NCBI GenBank assembly: GCA_044892525.1
Contig: CM097885.1
Span: 139,934,001 to 139,998,000, forward strand
From: Schmidtea polychroa
Lineage: Eukaryota
Reading direction: 5' to 3'
DNA: 64,000 nucleotides
The notes beneath the pieces are model-generated. The model was given only the letters and a program-made list of their open reading frames with translations. It had not been told where the DNA came from and searched no databases. Made by a program: the position numbers and the translations under genes. Positions 1 to 11,982 of this stretch are shown in pieces (the stretch's first letter is position 1; the number at the start of each line of letters is the position of its first letter).

Positions 1-741
1 AATTCTAATTTGATGAACTTGATTCTAAATCGATTACCGTTTCTGTAGACTGTTTTTGGTTTGGTTCTCGTAATGCAGTGGTTCTCAACCCGTGTTCCGC
101 GAAAAAAATGAAATTTTATCTTTACATATAAGATATACATCATCAAAAATCTCAATTAATTTTTTTATAAGATGATTCAATAAGAAAGCCGTTACACAGA
201 TATATAAACATACGAATATGAAAGTGTTTTTATTGCTTGTTATTGTTGCGCGTGGTATTTTCTTTGCTTATAAGGAGGCATTGTTTACGTTTACGACAGA
301 TTTATAGTAATTTGCGATTGGTCACTCATTGTGGGCAAGTATTTTTTTGTCAGTGTTCCGCGTATAAACAATCATGTGAATGGTGTTCCACGGTTTTATA
401 TTAATTGAGAACCACTTTCGTAATGTTTCAGTTAAAATCTTGTCTAAAGTTTGCTGAACTTGGACAGCTTTTTTCCATATTAATTTCTTAATAGCAATTG
501 ATAGCGTTATCAATAGTTCGCGTAACCGTTAAGCATCGATTTTCGTCAGGGTCATTATCTACGAAAATGTCTGTGAAATGCCTGTGAAATGAGTTGCATT
601 GCTTTCGAAATACAACGAGCCATTCACTCCTGGAACTATATCAGGTGTATAAATATCGTCCACCAAAGAACGTTCAACATTTATAGAAATTAAATCTTCA
701 TCGTGTGATATCAATATCTCATTAATATCAACTTCCTCCAT
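1..741 (-). pseudogene. Decayed Tigger/pogo-like transposase C-terminal region, interrupted by a hAT MITE
   Basis: Minus-strand fragments EEVDINEILISHDEDLI, DNDPDENRCLTVTRTIDNAINCY and QVQQTLDKIL resemble the C-terminus of TIGD1/Tigger transposases. Stops and frameshifts are present. Confidence 0.5.
76..417. mobile_element. hAT-type MITE (342 bp)
   Basis: TIRs CAGTGGTTCTCAA / TTGAGAACCACTT. Perfect 8-bp TSD TCGTAATG at 68-75 and 418-425. Confidence 0.85.
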
Positions 742-1632
742 GCCTCAAAGTTTACTTCTCTAGCTAATTCAGAAATTTATCTATGAACAGTTTGTACAAC
801 GTCAACTTCTGCATCTTTATCTACGCTTTCTGGGCATAGTTGACGCCAAACTCCGTTCATACATGTCCAAAAATTTCAAAAACAACGCAAATCGAGGTTT
901 TAGTGTAGATGTGGTAATTGATTGTGTAATAATTAAATTTTTGTTTAAATCATCGATTACATCATCAATTCCCATTTTTTATAACTTTTCATATCAATAT
1001 ACATGAAATTAAATTCTCTATTAAATGATACTGACGTAATCAAAATTGTGAAATTTCATTTTTTAGTCAACCATTTTTGAATTTACTCATCTTTTTAGAC
1101 AACTTGAGATATTTTCACTAAAACAATATATAGATAGAATTTAATTAGTTAATATCATTTTAATTAATTTGTACTTTATGACGGCTGTTATTTTATTGGT
1201 TGAGACCTGGAATTGAGACCTCTAAGCGAAAATCCCATGTGCGCCTTATCCCTATCATTATGTTGGTGTTTGATTAGGAAGGAAGGTAAGTCAGATACTA
1301 GTTCGGTCCCAGTCTTTAAACGCGCATTACTTGTTATTACTTGCCTTATCACTACTCCTCTATATTTTTTCATCGGGTTCTGGACTGCCGTTGGAAGGTC
1401 TAATCGTCATCTCATCGCGATCAGTGAGTCAAGTCTTATTTTCTATACTGGCGCATCTCTCACCGCGCTCACTCCTCTACACTGGCCCTCTCGCTGTTGC
1501 TATGAAAGTAGCAAAACCAAATGAAGACAACTAAAATTCATTATTCAATCCGCACCGTCATGTGTACATCACATTAGGAATCATGTCTTTATCCCTCGCT
1601 ACGCATGGTGTGTTATTGTGAAGTTTCTGGTC

Positions 1633-2205
1633 TCACCAGCCATCTCGCTCTACCTCCGCAAGCAGGGTGTCTAAATTGAACTCATTATCCAGGATAAGAG
1701 GTCGTGTTTCTACCGGCATCTCCCTCGTAACTGCGGGTGGAACTAATATTTTCGCAACTTGAGCCAAAGTGACACGCTTACTTGCATTTCTTTCCGCTTT
1801 AGTAAGGTTCTTTCGTTTCGGTTGGCGTCTGGTGGGTACGCTGAGATCAATTACCTGTATGTCCGTTTGAGGTGCGGTTTTGGGCACCGCAGCTGGGGTT
1901 GGGACCGATATGGTTGAAGACGAGCAGCCTGCACAGGTGGGTGGAAGAATAGAATCAGTTACGAGGTGGTGCGTAGGAATGATGGTATTGTTGGCCAGTG
2001 ATATAAATCCTTACTTTCTGTATTTCTACCTAATATTTTACCAATATTCAATCTTCTTTTCTACAGACAGCGGTAAAAGTAACAACTTTTCTCAGAAAAC
2101 TTCCCCCTCAAATAGATAGCTGTCTTGATGGTCAAAATAAAGAGATGTTTTGCCAAGATTTCGGTCTTCAGTTTCATAGGTTATTGATGGATCATTTCTA
2201 TTCAT
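1633..2205 (-). pseudogene. Degraded homologue of the E1 LTR-encoded ORF (relic of a related LTR, opposite orientation)
   Basis: Translated segments LANNTIIPTHHLVTDSILPPTC, KRKNLTKAERNASKR and FNLDTLLAEVE are colinear with IQDGTNVFPMHHKLAETSSISSC, KRKRLTRSEKNQKRR and VDIDEMLAEGE of ORF 7964-8728. The 5' part is disrupted and the boundaries are approximate. Confidence 0.65.
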
Positions 2206-3230
2206 TTAGTTATTCGTGTGAAGGTGATAAACTTGTTGATATAGATTTCCCTTATCTGATTAAATAGGAGGTTATGTGGCTATGCAAGATGTCAATTTAT
2301 ATGATGAAGTTATGCGAAAATTTAATTGCCCATTGCTCAATCATTTATTTAATAATTTGCTGACATTGATGAATATCGTTTCTATTAAACAAGAGAATAT
2401 CAAATCTATTATATCCAATCATTTGGCTGGAGGGCTACCTAAAGAATTACTGATGAATTTTGTCAGTTTACGATCTGATCAAAAGATTACTCGGTCATTA
2501 GTAGACCTCAAGTAAAATGTTTGTAATTTTTTAATATTCCAGTGATGATGTGATAAAATATATCATTTTTGATTTTTTGATTTTTGCAGCCCTTAAATGG
2601 ATACTTTATGACAAGTCTTAAAAGCTTATCTTGTAGGGACGGAGTTGAGTATTTTATACTTCAATTTAATAAGTTTAGACTGGCAGTTATTTTTCTAGCT
2701 TTTTTTGCAAAGTCATTGATTTTTATTTAAATGAAGTAATCTTTTATTTATTCTCGACTGTTGTCAATATTGCATAAAGTGATGATTTCTTGGTAGCAGC
2801 ATTTATTATTTAAAACAATAAAGTGATAATTTAAGCCTTTTGATGCGAATAATGTATTTATTGAAAATATTTTCGACTATAAGATAGTCCTTGTCAATCA
2901 TTGAGTATTTTCTACTAGTTCTCGGTGGATGTTATATCCCGACGCAAAAGAATAGTTTGGCTCAAATTAGAATCGAGAATCACCCATGATACATATTCGT
3001 CTGTCCGAAACTAGTGTTGATTTTCTGAAAACAGTTATGTTCCTGATTAGCTGCTTTTTGTAACTGGTCAATAAAAAGAAGTGAATTCTATCAAGTATGC
3101 TAAAGAGAATCCAGCTATGTGATTCTGCGTTTCAAGCAGGCAATCTATATGAAGTTCTTAAGTATGTGTCTCGTGGAAGTCCTCTGGACCCAATACTCGA
3201 CACTTCCTGGATCGGTATAGATGTAGACTA

Positions 3231-3447
3231 CCGTATATATTCGGGTATAAGTCGAGTAAATTTTAAGAGGTTTTTAAGTTTTAAATTGGAACCCGCGTAT
3301 AAGTCGAAGTAACAAAAATTAAAAAAAGGTTTAATGATTTGATTAAAAATTAATTTGTACGTTTTTAGACCCGCGTATAAGTCGAAGTTGCTATTTTGGA
3401 TTGAAAATTTGACGTAAATTTTTCGACTTATATGCGAGTATATACGG
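3231..3447. mobile_element. Tc1/mariner(pogo)-type MITE (217 bp)
   Basis: TIRs CCGTATATATTCGGGTATAAGTCGA / TCGACTTATATGCGAGTATATACGG, flanked by TA on both sides. Confidence 0.85.
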
Positions 3448-6400
3448 TATATATAATTTCAAGTGGTGAATTAGAGAGTAGGTGATTTGTAACACAGTGG
3501 CTTGAATTGAAAAGACAAAGTGCCATTTTATTACCAGCATTAGTTGTAAGTTAATTCAGTAACTTATCATGTCATCTATATATCAAATGCATGCATATGG
3601 GTTAATAATATATTCAATCTTTGGCCACTATGCCACACAATCGTAGTATATTCAGATAGCTTGAATGTTCAAAAAATCATTCATCTTAATCTATCCATAT
3701 TAAAACCCTAATTTTAAGTTAACCTTATTAAAAGCGACTTGATTTGCATTTATATTTGTGACTCCGTACAAATCGCTTTAGCAACACAGGGCTCAATCAG
3801 ATTGGCAATATATATTTATAATTAAATTTAATCGGTAGAATACAAGCTCAAAAATCTACAAATTGTCATCAGTTTAGCAATCAAGGTAATATCCTAAATC
3901 TTGAGGGTGTAGAGAAATCAAATAAATTTTTCGCTATTTTCAAAACAAAGGAATCATTTTTGATTTAATTTGAATGATACTTGATTAAAGATTATGTCAC
4001 GCTTCTATGTCCTTAAATCAAATTAAATAACTCCCAACCTGTCGTCTTTAAGTATGGAGTCAACTATTGTTTCATAATTCTAGCAGTGATTTAAAATTTT
4101 GGCTTGTCATTTATTTTAGCATATGAGAGACTGTTTCTAAAAGCAACTCGTTCTTGAAAACAGGTGACCTATACTTTAACCAGTATCAAATTAGTTATGT
4201 ACCACTCATCAGTATCCTCCATGAAAAGGGTTAAATGGTCAACATATCAAAAAGAGAATGCTTCAGCTTGTATTTGTTCTTTTAAATCTTTCAGCAATTT
4301 CGAAAGTCTTCAATTTCATGATTTAAAAAAAAATAAGGATTGAAAATATTATACGTTAGTAAAACTGTATAGGTTACCTCAGTTTTCGAATTTTATTCCA
4401 CAAATATAATAAGGAAAGTAATTTGATCACGTTGTTTCAGTGATTATATGCTTAGATAATTCTTTTGAAATTAAAAATAGCACACTAGGACAAAATTTAC
4501 TGACATATTGATATTTTACACTCGATGTTTATCCCTGGTTTAGTAATTATTTTTAAAATCTTAAAAAATTACAAAGTGATTAATGAAATTGCGAATATTT
4601 CCAAAACTTCAAGGCCATATTTAAGGTCAATGACAACTTTTTTAAGTTTAAGGTTAAATTGTAAACAAGGTAGGTGCAATACAAGTGCATGATTAACAAA
4701 GGCATGTGCAATACATGTACATGACTAACACGTCGAATGTGATATAAGATGTGTGTGTGTAAAATTTCCACTTAATTATTTCTCTTTATTAACAATTTTC
4801 TATACATGTACACACACACTTTCAACTCAAAAACAGATTTTTCATAAATTTTAAAGAAATTTATGTATTTTGATAAAATTTCATAATTTTGTCCTTAATT
4901 ATTGCCCCAAACAAACACACAATAATTCTCTACTCCATAATTTGAATTATGTGTGTAAAAATAAATATTTTAGGTTTTTCACTAATATTTGCAATAATAA
5001 TAATAATAATAGTGATAATAATAATAATCAATAATAAAGTTTAATGGTTGAGTGTGTGCAGTACCCTTACGACTGTTGGGCTAAAATGCGGAGTGGAGAA
5101 AACTGGAGCGAATAGAAAAATAAACCCCGAAAGATAGATGAAATAAAATAAAAATATAAAGTACCATAAAAATCTTACTAGTAAATAGGAAGGAACAATA
5201 AAAGAACAACAAAAGAATAAGAATAAGTAAACAAACTAAATAAAATCCAATAAACCCCTTAAGATTTAGAAATAAAACGGGTTAAGGTACACAGCGGATA
5301 AAATAGAAATAGAATAAGTAAAAAAGTGACAACAAATAAAAGAGAAATTTAAGAAATAAATAAAAAATAAAACTATCTTTAAGTCTAATTAAAACAAAAA
5401 ATTATATTACAATAAAGTAGCAATAAACCTACAGGAAAAATAGGAGGAAAATAATAAAAATAAGAAAATAAATAAAATAATAATAAGAAATAAGTTAAGT
5501 CATTAAAATCTAATATATTATAATAAAAAACATAAAAATGATAATAAATAGTAAAAATACAAGCAGGTAGCGTCCTGATTGGACGAAAAATACTATATAT
5601 GTAACGTGAAAAATTAGACGACAACCACTTTTAATTTTTCACGATTACAGGTAAAATTTTAGAAAAACTTAAAACCACTTTTAATTTTTCACGATTACAG
5701 AGCATAGACTTCAGATATTTCACCGAATTCAGGACTAGAATCGCAAACACTAATTCCAGAGATTTTCAGAACTTACCTTTAATTTAAATTCGATTTCGTT
5801 CCAGTTTTTGAAACTATCAGTAGGTTGATTGATTTATATGTATTAGTTAATTCATTAATGATGAAAAACAAAACTCATTTCGTAAAATAAATTTATTGAA
5901 ATACAAATGGCCTTTTCTTCATGGTGCCGGCGACTGTACCATCTGAGAGCTCCCAGTATGATGTGGACGAGTTGGAAATGTACCACGGTAGAGAACACGA
6001 CAGTGGGAAGGTTGACCTTCTTAAGAAATCCCGAAGATGCTGAAAATGAGAATGTGATATTTGCAGAGAAAGATATTTACCATAGGAGAGATCTACCAAG
6101 GGTATGATGAGGCTGCGGTTGTGTGGAATGAATAACATCATACTTGGAGTCCAAATGATAGGGTCGCCGGGTGAGCTTTATTGATTCATTTATTCTTTAT
6201 TGATTCATTTATTTTTATTGATTCATTTGCTGCTATTTGATTCCTTCATTCATTTTATTATTCATAAATTGTATATTAAATATTGATTTTGTGAAAAACG
6301 AGTCGAACGGTCCCTCATGACGATGCAAGAACGGCGGCAGAGATGATTGCCTTCTTGGGTGGGTCATGAGGGGTGAGGAGACTCCGCAGGTGGAATACTG

Positions 6401-7821
6401 TTGGCAGTGGAATTTCTCACCTCGAGCGCGATCTGATAGAGAATCTTTCGTTTTCTTTCATGAAGTCACGCCGAAGTTTCAGAGTAGATAATGTAAATTT
6501 CCAAAGTCGGAGACAATTTTTCGGATTGCGATCAGTAGTTCGTTGTTGTTAGGAAAACTTGCTTTTCCGTCGAATATTGATAGATGTCTGAGTAGGAATG
6601 GGCGATGAATTGTTAGAGTTTTCACTGGAAGATCTGCTAAGCACTTAAAAATTGAACCCCGAGAGGTACATTGCAGGGACATTAGCGAGTAAACCCATTC
6701 ATTGACTAATTTAGACTTTAGCTTGACATTGAATATCTGATAAAGTTTGGTTTGACGTTGACAGCGGCTCGTCTTAAATGGGAAAGTAAACAAATTTTTT
6801 GATAAGGAAATAAATCACTTGCCGTGAGTCCGAGTGAAGATATCAATAGCGATAGGAGAATCATTAGTTGCCCATGGCCAGATAAATTTCCGACGGGGAA
6901 AATCGGCTGATAATTTGATAAAGTCATCGAACGAGTTGATTGAGAAGGCGGCGGTCGATCGAATGTATTGAGTGGTCTTATCGTGAGTCGACCTAATATC
7001 GAAAATCCAGAATATAGAGTAATTTTTATCTACTGAATCCGCAAGTCACCCACACAATCGAATTTCTTGAGTTTTGGACACACCAACTGAGTACCCTTCA
7101 CAACTAGAGCATCTCTCTACAACTCTACCTCTATAAATCGCTCGCCCACATGTACACATGCATCACACTCAGATTAGGTCACAGTGCACATGTGGATATC
7201 ATCATTACCTAATCATAGGGAGAGAGTCGTACACTGATAACTGCTGGTAGACTACTGGATTGCGTCAGAGAACATGGCAATGCGACGAGAAATTTTTTTT
7301 TCTGTCAGTGTGCAAGTCGCTAGTTAAACGCACCAACATGCATCGTAACGAACCCATCGATAGTTGATGGTATAGATAGACAATCAAATGAACACATAAC
7401 TGCGCCCGATTTAAGCGTCACTATGACGATGTTTATGACGTTAAATTTGAAATAACAAATTTGTAATCCATGATAAAAATTTTAAGCGAGGGTATTATGA
7501 TTTTCTTACAAACCCGAGGGGTCTACATACAAGACGGGGTGTCCCGGTAATTGCCGATTTTCCGTTCATCATACAGCACGCGTAGAATCTAACGACGTAG
7601 CAGCAAAATGAGTAAAATATAATTGTTAAAATTTAACAACGATAATTAAGATAATAGCGTTCATAGTAACGAATTTACCGTTATGCCGTAGTTAAAAATA
7701 GTCAAACCCGTAAAGTAAACCTAAAAGCTAGCATAATGAATTGTTTTCATGAATCCCGTTTTCTTCTCATAAAGTAGTGATGATTACATGGGTCAGTTTA
7801 GATGTTTGAGATTGCATGAAG

Positions 7822-7963
7822 GTGAGTATTTGCCGACGGGGTAGATCGGTAGGCCACTCTTGGATAACTTGGTCGGGGAGGTCTTAAATTTCGTTTTCCG
7901 AACATATGAATAAGACCCCAGCGAATTTTTTTATTTAAAAATAAAAATTTCTTAACAATTTAG
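7822..7963 (+). other. Candidate 142-nt intron in the LTR preceding the LTR ORF
   Basis: Consensus donor AAG|GTGAGT at 7822. Branch-like TTAAC and acceptor TTTAG| lie directly before ATG 7964. The upstream ATG AAG (7816-7821) would join in frame. Confidence 0.55.
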
Positions 7964-8728
7964 ATGAATACTTCAACCAGTTCCGGGAAAACCCTCAGAC
8001 CTTGCTTTTCCTGTGCTGATAAAAATGCCGATATCGCACAGCTCCACTTGTACATCGGGGAATTGAAGAAGAGAATTGACCTCTATGAGGGAACGTGGTT
8101 CTCCCCACCACAAATGAAGGAGGAGAAGAGCAAGATTCTGCGTTTGGAGCACTGCCGTGACAGTCTCCTGGAAGAAAGCAGGTGCCAGAGGTTAACCATA
8201 AAGGCCCAATCAGAGGCACTGCACAAGGTGTATTCCGAATCAGAACTAGCGAAGCGAGTTCGCGAGTACCCGATACAAGATGGGACTAACGTGTTCCCAA
8301 TGCACCACAAATTAGCTGAAACCTCATCAATATCCAGTTGTAAAGGGCATGGCCCACAAATGCCGCCAATTCCCGCCCCAGTCCTTTCAGGCGATCGACC
8401 TATGGCTGGCGGTTCATCGGACCCTATCTTGGCTCCAGTACTCGTGCCACACCTCCTTCAGCCCCCAGCAGAAGCTACACTCCCCCATCGAAAGCGTAAG
8501 CGGCTGACGCGTTCTGAAAAAAATCAGAAGCGGAGGAATGCCATGGCCGCGCTCGAAGCATCGCTATCTGTAGCCACAGCAACTATCAAGGAAATTACAG
8601 TTACCCATTCCATTCCTACAAAGGAAGTATTCCGGGTAGTTCCGGCCGGTAGTATCAAATTCCTCGAAGACCGCCGGCTGCCCGTTGACATCGACGAGAT
8701 GCTCGCAGAGGGAGAAGCATTCTCGTAG
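7964..8728 (+). CDS. LTR-encoded 254-aa protein of unknown function (CxxC + coiled coil, Pro-rich linker, basic NLS-like HRKRKRLTRSEKNQKRR)
   Basis: Open, GC-richer ORF intact in both LTRs (one aa difference), with a diverged homologue at 1633-2205. Confidence 0.75.
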   Translation: MNTSTSSGKTLRPCFSCADKNADIAQLHLYIGELKKRIDLYEGTWFSPPQMKEEKSKILRLEHCRDSLLEESRCQRLTIKAQSEALHKVYSESELAKRVREYPIQDGTNVFPMHHKLAETSSISSCKGHGPQMPPIPAPVLSGDRPMAGGSSDPILAPVLVPHLLQPPAEATLPHRKRKRLTRSEKNQKRRNAMAALEASLSVATATIKEITVTHSIPTKEVFRVVPAGSIKFLEDRRLPVDIDEMLAEGEAFS

Positions 8729-9270
8729 CCAATTCTCTCTCGGGTCTCGATTCCCTGCTATTACGAACGAACTTGAAGAAGCGACGTTATCTCGTGACTA
8801 AACTTTAATGTTTTGCATTTACTTAAACAATGCTGAATGTAATTTGATGTTCCGTTCTAATATAACTGTTCGATTTTCTTTGATTGTGTTAATTGTATGT
8901 ATGATTTGCTACGGTTGAATTGCATGAGAGAAGGATCACGAATATATAGTAGAAACTTAAATGTCGTACCTTTTGGACCAGGGTCAGACTGAATGATGCG
9001 TATAGAATGGGTAAGACCTTCTAAGGCACCGTAGAACCCGAACCGAGAAAGGGTTAGGAGTAGTCCTAACGCAGGGGCTCACCTGCTAACTTTTTCCAAC
9101 CCGTGTGAGCAGTACCAACGTGGAACATCACCACGGGCTCATACGTGGGAATATGCGAACGATCATTTGGAGTGTGTGAGGGAATGGTCTGAGTAGAATA
9201 ATGATACCTGATGCGGATGATAATCATGCCCATACGTTTTCTTTTCCCCCACATACGCCAACATGATTTT

Positions 9271-9288
9271 TGGGGGCTCAGCCGGGAT
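9271..9288 (+). promoter_or_regulatory. E1 primer binding site, tRNA-Pro type
   Basis: TGGGGGCTCAGCCGGGAT, 7 nt after the LTR end. It resembles the complement of the tRNA-Pro 3' end (MuLV PBS TGGGGGCTCGTCCGGGAT). Confidence 0.85.
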
Positions 9289-9738
9289 GAATTCGATTTG
9301 TTGATTACCTATTATTGTGTTATGACGTGTTAGATTAACAATTTAATTAAGTATGATTAAAAAATGGAATCGGGACTGAAACGAATCGATATTGTAATAC
9401 AATAGAATGATGATACGAACTGAAAATAGAGCATGTATGAATAAAGATGAACCTAAATGAGTATGAATGTATATGATAAAGTATGATGAGAGAAGGAAAC
9501 GGGAATTAGTACTTTGTTTAATTTTAATTTATTAAATTAAAAAGGGGAGACAAAAGAAAATAATGACAATAAAATTAAATGATTAAAGTCAAAAATACGA
9601 CGGGGATTGTTAAAGACTAAATAAAATACGAAAGCTAGAAACAATAACAAATAAAAGAGAAACGAATATTAAATACAACGTAATAATATTATTGTTAATA
9701 CTAGTAAGAACAAATAATAACAACACATTCATTTAGAT

Positions 9739-10218
9739 ATGTCAGACGCTAGACAACATCTACAACAGCTAAGCCGGTTCGTCGAAATAGAAAATGATTC
9801 AATAAAAACATTAAGAGAAAAACTGAAACAAATAGAACTGCTAGAACAACAAAGCCACAACGCACCGCTGATATCCAAACAAAACTTTCTCACCGACAGA
9901 TTAGGATCAACAAATACCGATACCGACTTGTCGATTCATTACCAATGGTTTCAGCAACGTCTCGACGACCCAACGCTGAACATCGAATATGTGAGGATAC
10001 GCGAACGAGTCAAAACTCTGTCTCAGCGGATACGAACATCAATAGTAGAGAAAGCAGCGGCCTTGAGAACTTGTAACATTTGTAAGATGCGACCTGTCAA
10101 AATTCTGATTCTACCTTGTGGGCACCTTAGCCATTGTGACGAATGCGCCGCCAGTTTAATCCGGTGTTCTATGTGCACATGTGTAATAAAAGAGAAGCAC
10201 ACAATCTACTTCAGTTAG
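9739..10218 (+). CDS. 159-aa protein with C-terminal IAP/XIAP-type RING finger (putative E3 ligase); no BIR domain seen
   Basis: CNICKMRPVKILILPCGHLSHCDECAASLIRCSMCTCVIKEKHTIYFS* matches the spacing and the terminal hydrophobic tail of IAP RINGs. Confidence 0.85.
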   Translation: MSDARQHLQQLSRFVEIENDSIKTLREKLKQIELLEQQSHNAPLISKQNFLTDRLGSTNTDTDLSIHYQWFQQRLDDPTLNIEYVRIRERVKTLSQRIRTSIVEKAAALRTCNICKMRPVKILILPCGHLSHCDECAASLIRCSMCTCVIKEKHTIYFS

Positions 10219-10802
10219 GTACGTGATCGTCGCTCGGTGAGGGAAATTGGATGGTTGAACAATTAAACTAAAATATTTTAATTTTTTTTTGATTTGATTC
10301 ATTAATATTTTAATAATGGCATCATATATCATATGTAGCATGGACTGAATAATCAATAAATCATTTTTTTGTGTTTATTTCATTTTGCGAAGCTATAATT
10401 TGATCTGTTGTATCATAATTTTCACCATGAAGAAAGGGTATTTTAAAATTTAAATCGAGTACATAAAGTGGAGCTAGTCCCAACATAAGATTAAAGGGGG
10501 AATAAACCGAGCCACCTTCGGGAGGTACGATAGTTGAAAAACCGTTCGGGAGGGGATAACCGATCACCCCGAGTAAGAGATGTAAGGCGAGGTACCATCG
10601 CGAATATTGAAAAGTTTCTGCGGTATGGCTGATCACCATACCAATGCAGAAATGGATCAATGCGATCGTTTTGCGTTTTGAGCAAGGGGGGAAAGGGGAA
10701 ACCTTCCAAAGCGGTACAGATTAAGTCGACAAATAAAAGTAAAAATAGGAAGATGACAGTATAGAATAAAGACAGAAAAGGAACGGAAGCATGCAGAGTT
10801 TA

Positions 10803-11320
10803 GAGATATTAAGGCCGAGCTGTTGAAAAGTCCAGCCGGTCAGGAGAAATTGAAACTGAGCTGTGAAAAGTCCAGCCAGTCGGAGATATTAAGGCCGAGC
10901 TGTTGAAAAGTCCAGCCGGTCAGGAGAAATTGAAACTGAGCTGTGAAAAGTCCAGCCAGTCGGAGATATTAAGGCCGAGCTGTTGAAAAGTCCAGCCGGT
11001 CAGGAGAAATTGAAACTGAGCTGTGAAAAGTCCAGCCAGTCGGAGATATTAAGGCCGAGCTGTTGAAAAGTCCAGCCGGTCAGGAAAAATTAAAACTGAG
11101 CTGTGAAAAGTCCAGCCAGTCGGAGATATTAAGGCCGAGTTGTTGAATAGTCCAACCGGTCAGGAGAAGAAGATTGAGCTGTTGAAAAGTGCCAGCCAGT
11201 CGTAAGGCCGAGCTGTTGAAAAGTCCAGCCGGTCAAGAAAAATTAAAACTGAGCTGTGAAAAGTCCAGCCAGTTCGGAGATGAAGAAGATTGAGCTGTTG
11301 AAAAGTGCCAGCCAGTCGTA
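10803..11320 (+). repeat. 80-bp-period tandem array (dimer of ~40-bp subunits, ~13 copies of core GAGCTGT(T)GAAAAGT(G)CCAGCC(A/G)GTC) in the E1 leader
   Basis: GAGATATTAAGGCC recurs at 10803, 10883, 10963, 11043 and 11123, degenerating toward the 3' end. Confidence 0.95.
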
Positions 11321-11982
11321 AAGGCCTAAAGTAATAGTGAGATAGCATTCAAGCTACAAGTTGATAACATTTAAATTACTAGTGAAATGGAATATTAAAG
11401 CTAGCTAGAAGTAAAGTGAGTTTGAAATATGGTATTTGAATTTAGAAAGGATTAAACGAGCTCGTGGGAGGTAATAATGAAATTTTTTTCAGTGAGAAAG
11501 AGAAACTGAAAAGGAAAACGAATTAAAGAGATAATGAAAATAAAGAATAAGTGATGAGTAAAAGAGGAAGGTGATTAATTAATTAAAAGGGATCCCAGAT
11601 AAGTAGACAAAGTTCTACAGAATTTTTTTGGTTTAAACCGGTTAAACGAATTTTGTTTTGGGTACAGAGTAGAACCAAATAAGGGGAAACAGAGATGAAA
11701 GATTAAGTAAAATAGCGGAACCGCGTAAAAGGATTAAGAAAATATGGGAGGTAATAAGCAGTAACTGACAACGACCTATCGATATTATAAATGCTAACTA
11801 TAGATAATTTATACGACTATATAGATAATTGTTACTACCCCAAATAGATAATTTAAAATCGACGAAAAATATGGGTTGATGGGTAATTATATTCCGCGAA
11901 GAAGTATATGAGGGGAAATGAAGAGAAGTATAACAGAGGCCCTAAAACGGTGTCTGTGCTTGAATGTGGCAAAAAGGAATGA

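Larger units (their letters stand above)
5074..9263 (+). repeat. E1 5' LTR (4,190 bp)
   Basis: Near-identical to 31468-35657. Spot comparison found only three substitutions (6775 T/33169 A, 7633 T/34027 G, 8577 C/34971 A) and no net indel. Confidence 0.97.

Noticed and set aside
3097-3312. 71-aa ORF with RGSPLDPIL (LINE RT QGSxLxP-like)
   Set aside because: It runs into a MITE and has only one degenerate motif. At most an old LINE relic; the same applies to GDVP at ~53995.
10361-10660. 99-aa minus-strand ORF in the E1 leader
   Set aside because: No recognisable domain. The GC-rich block is as easily explained as a structured leader or packaging RNA.
10803-11320. Tandem array as a CRISPR array
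   Set aside because: The intervening segments are themselves repeated, so there are no unique spacers. There are no cas genes and the context is eukaryotic.
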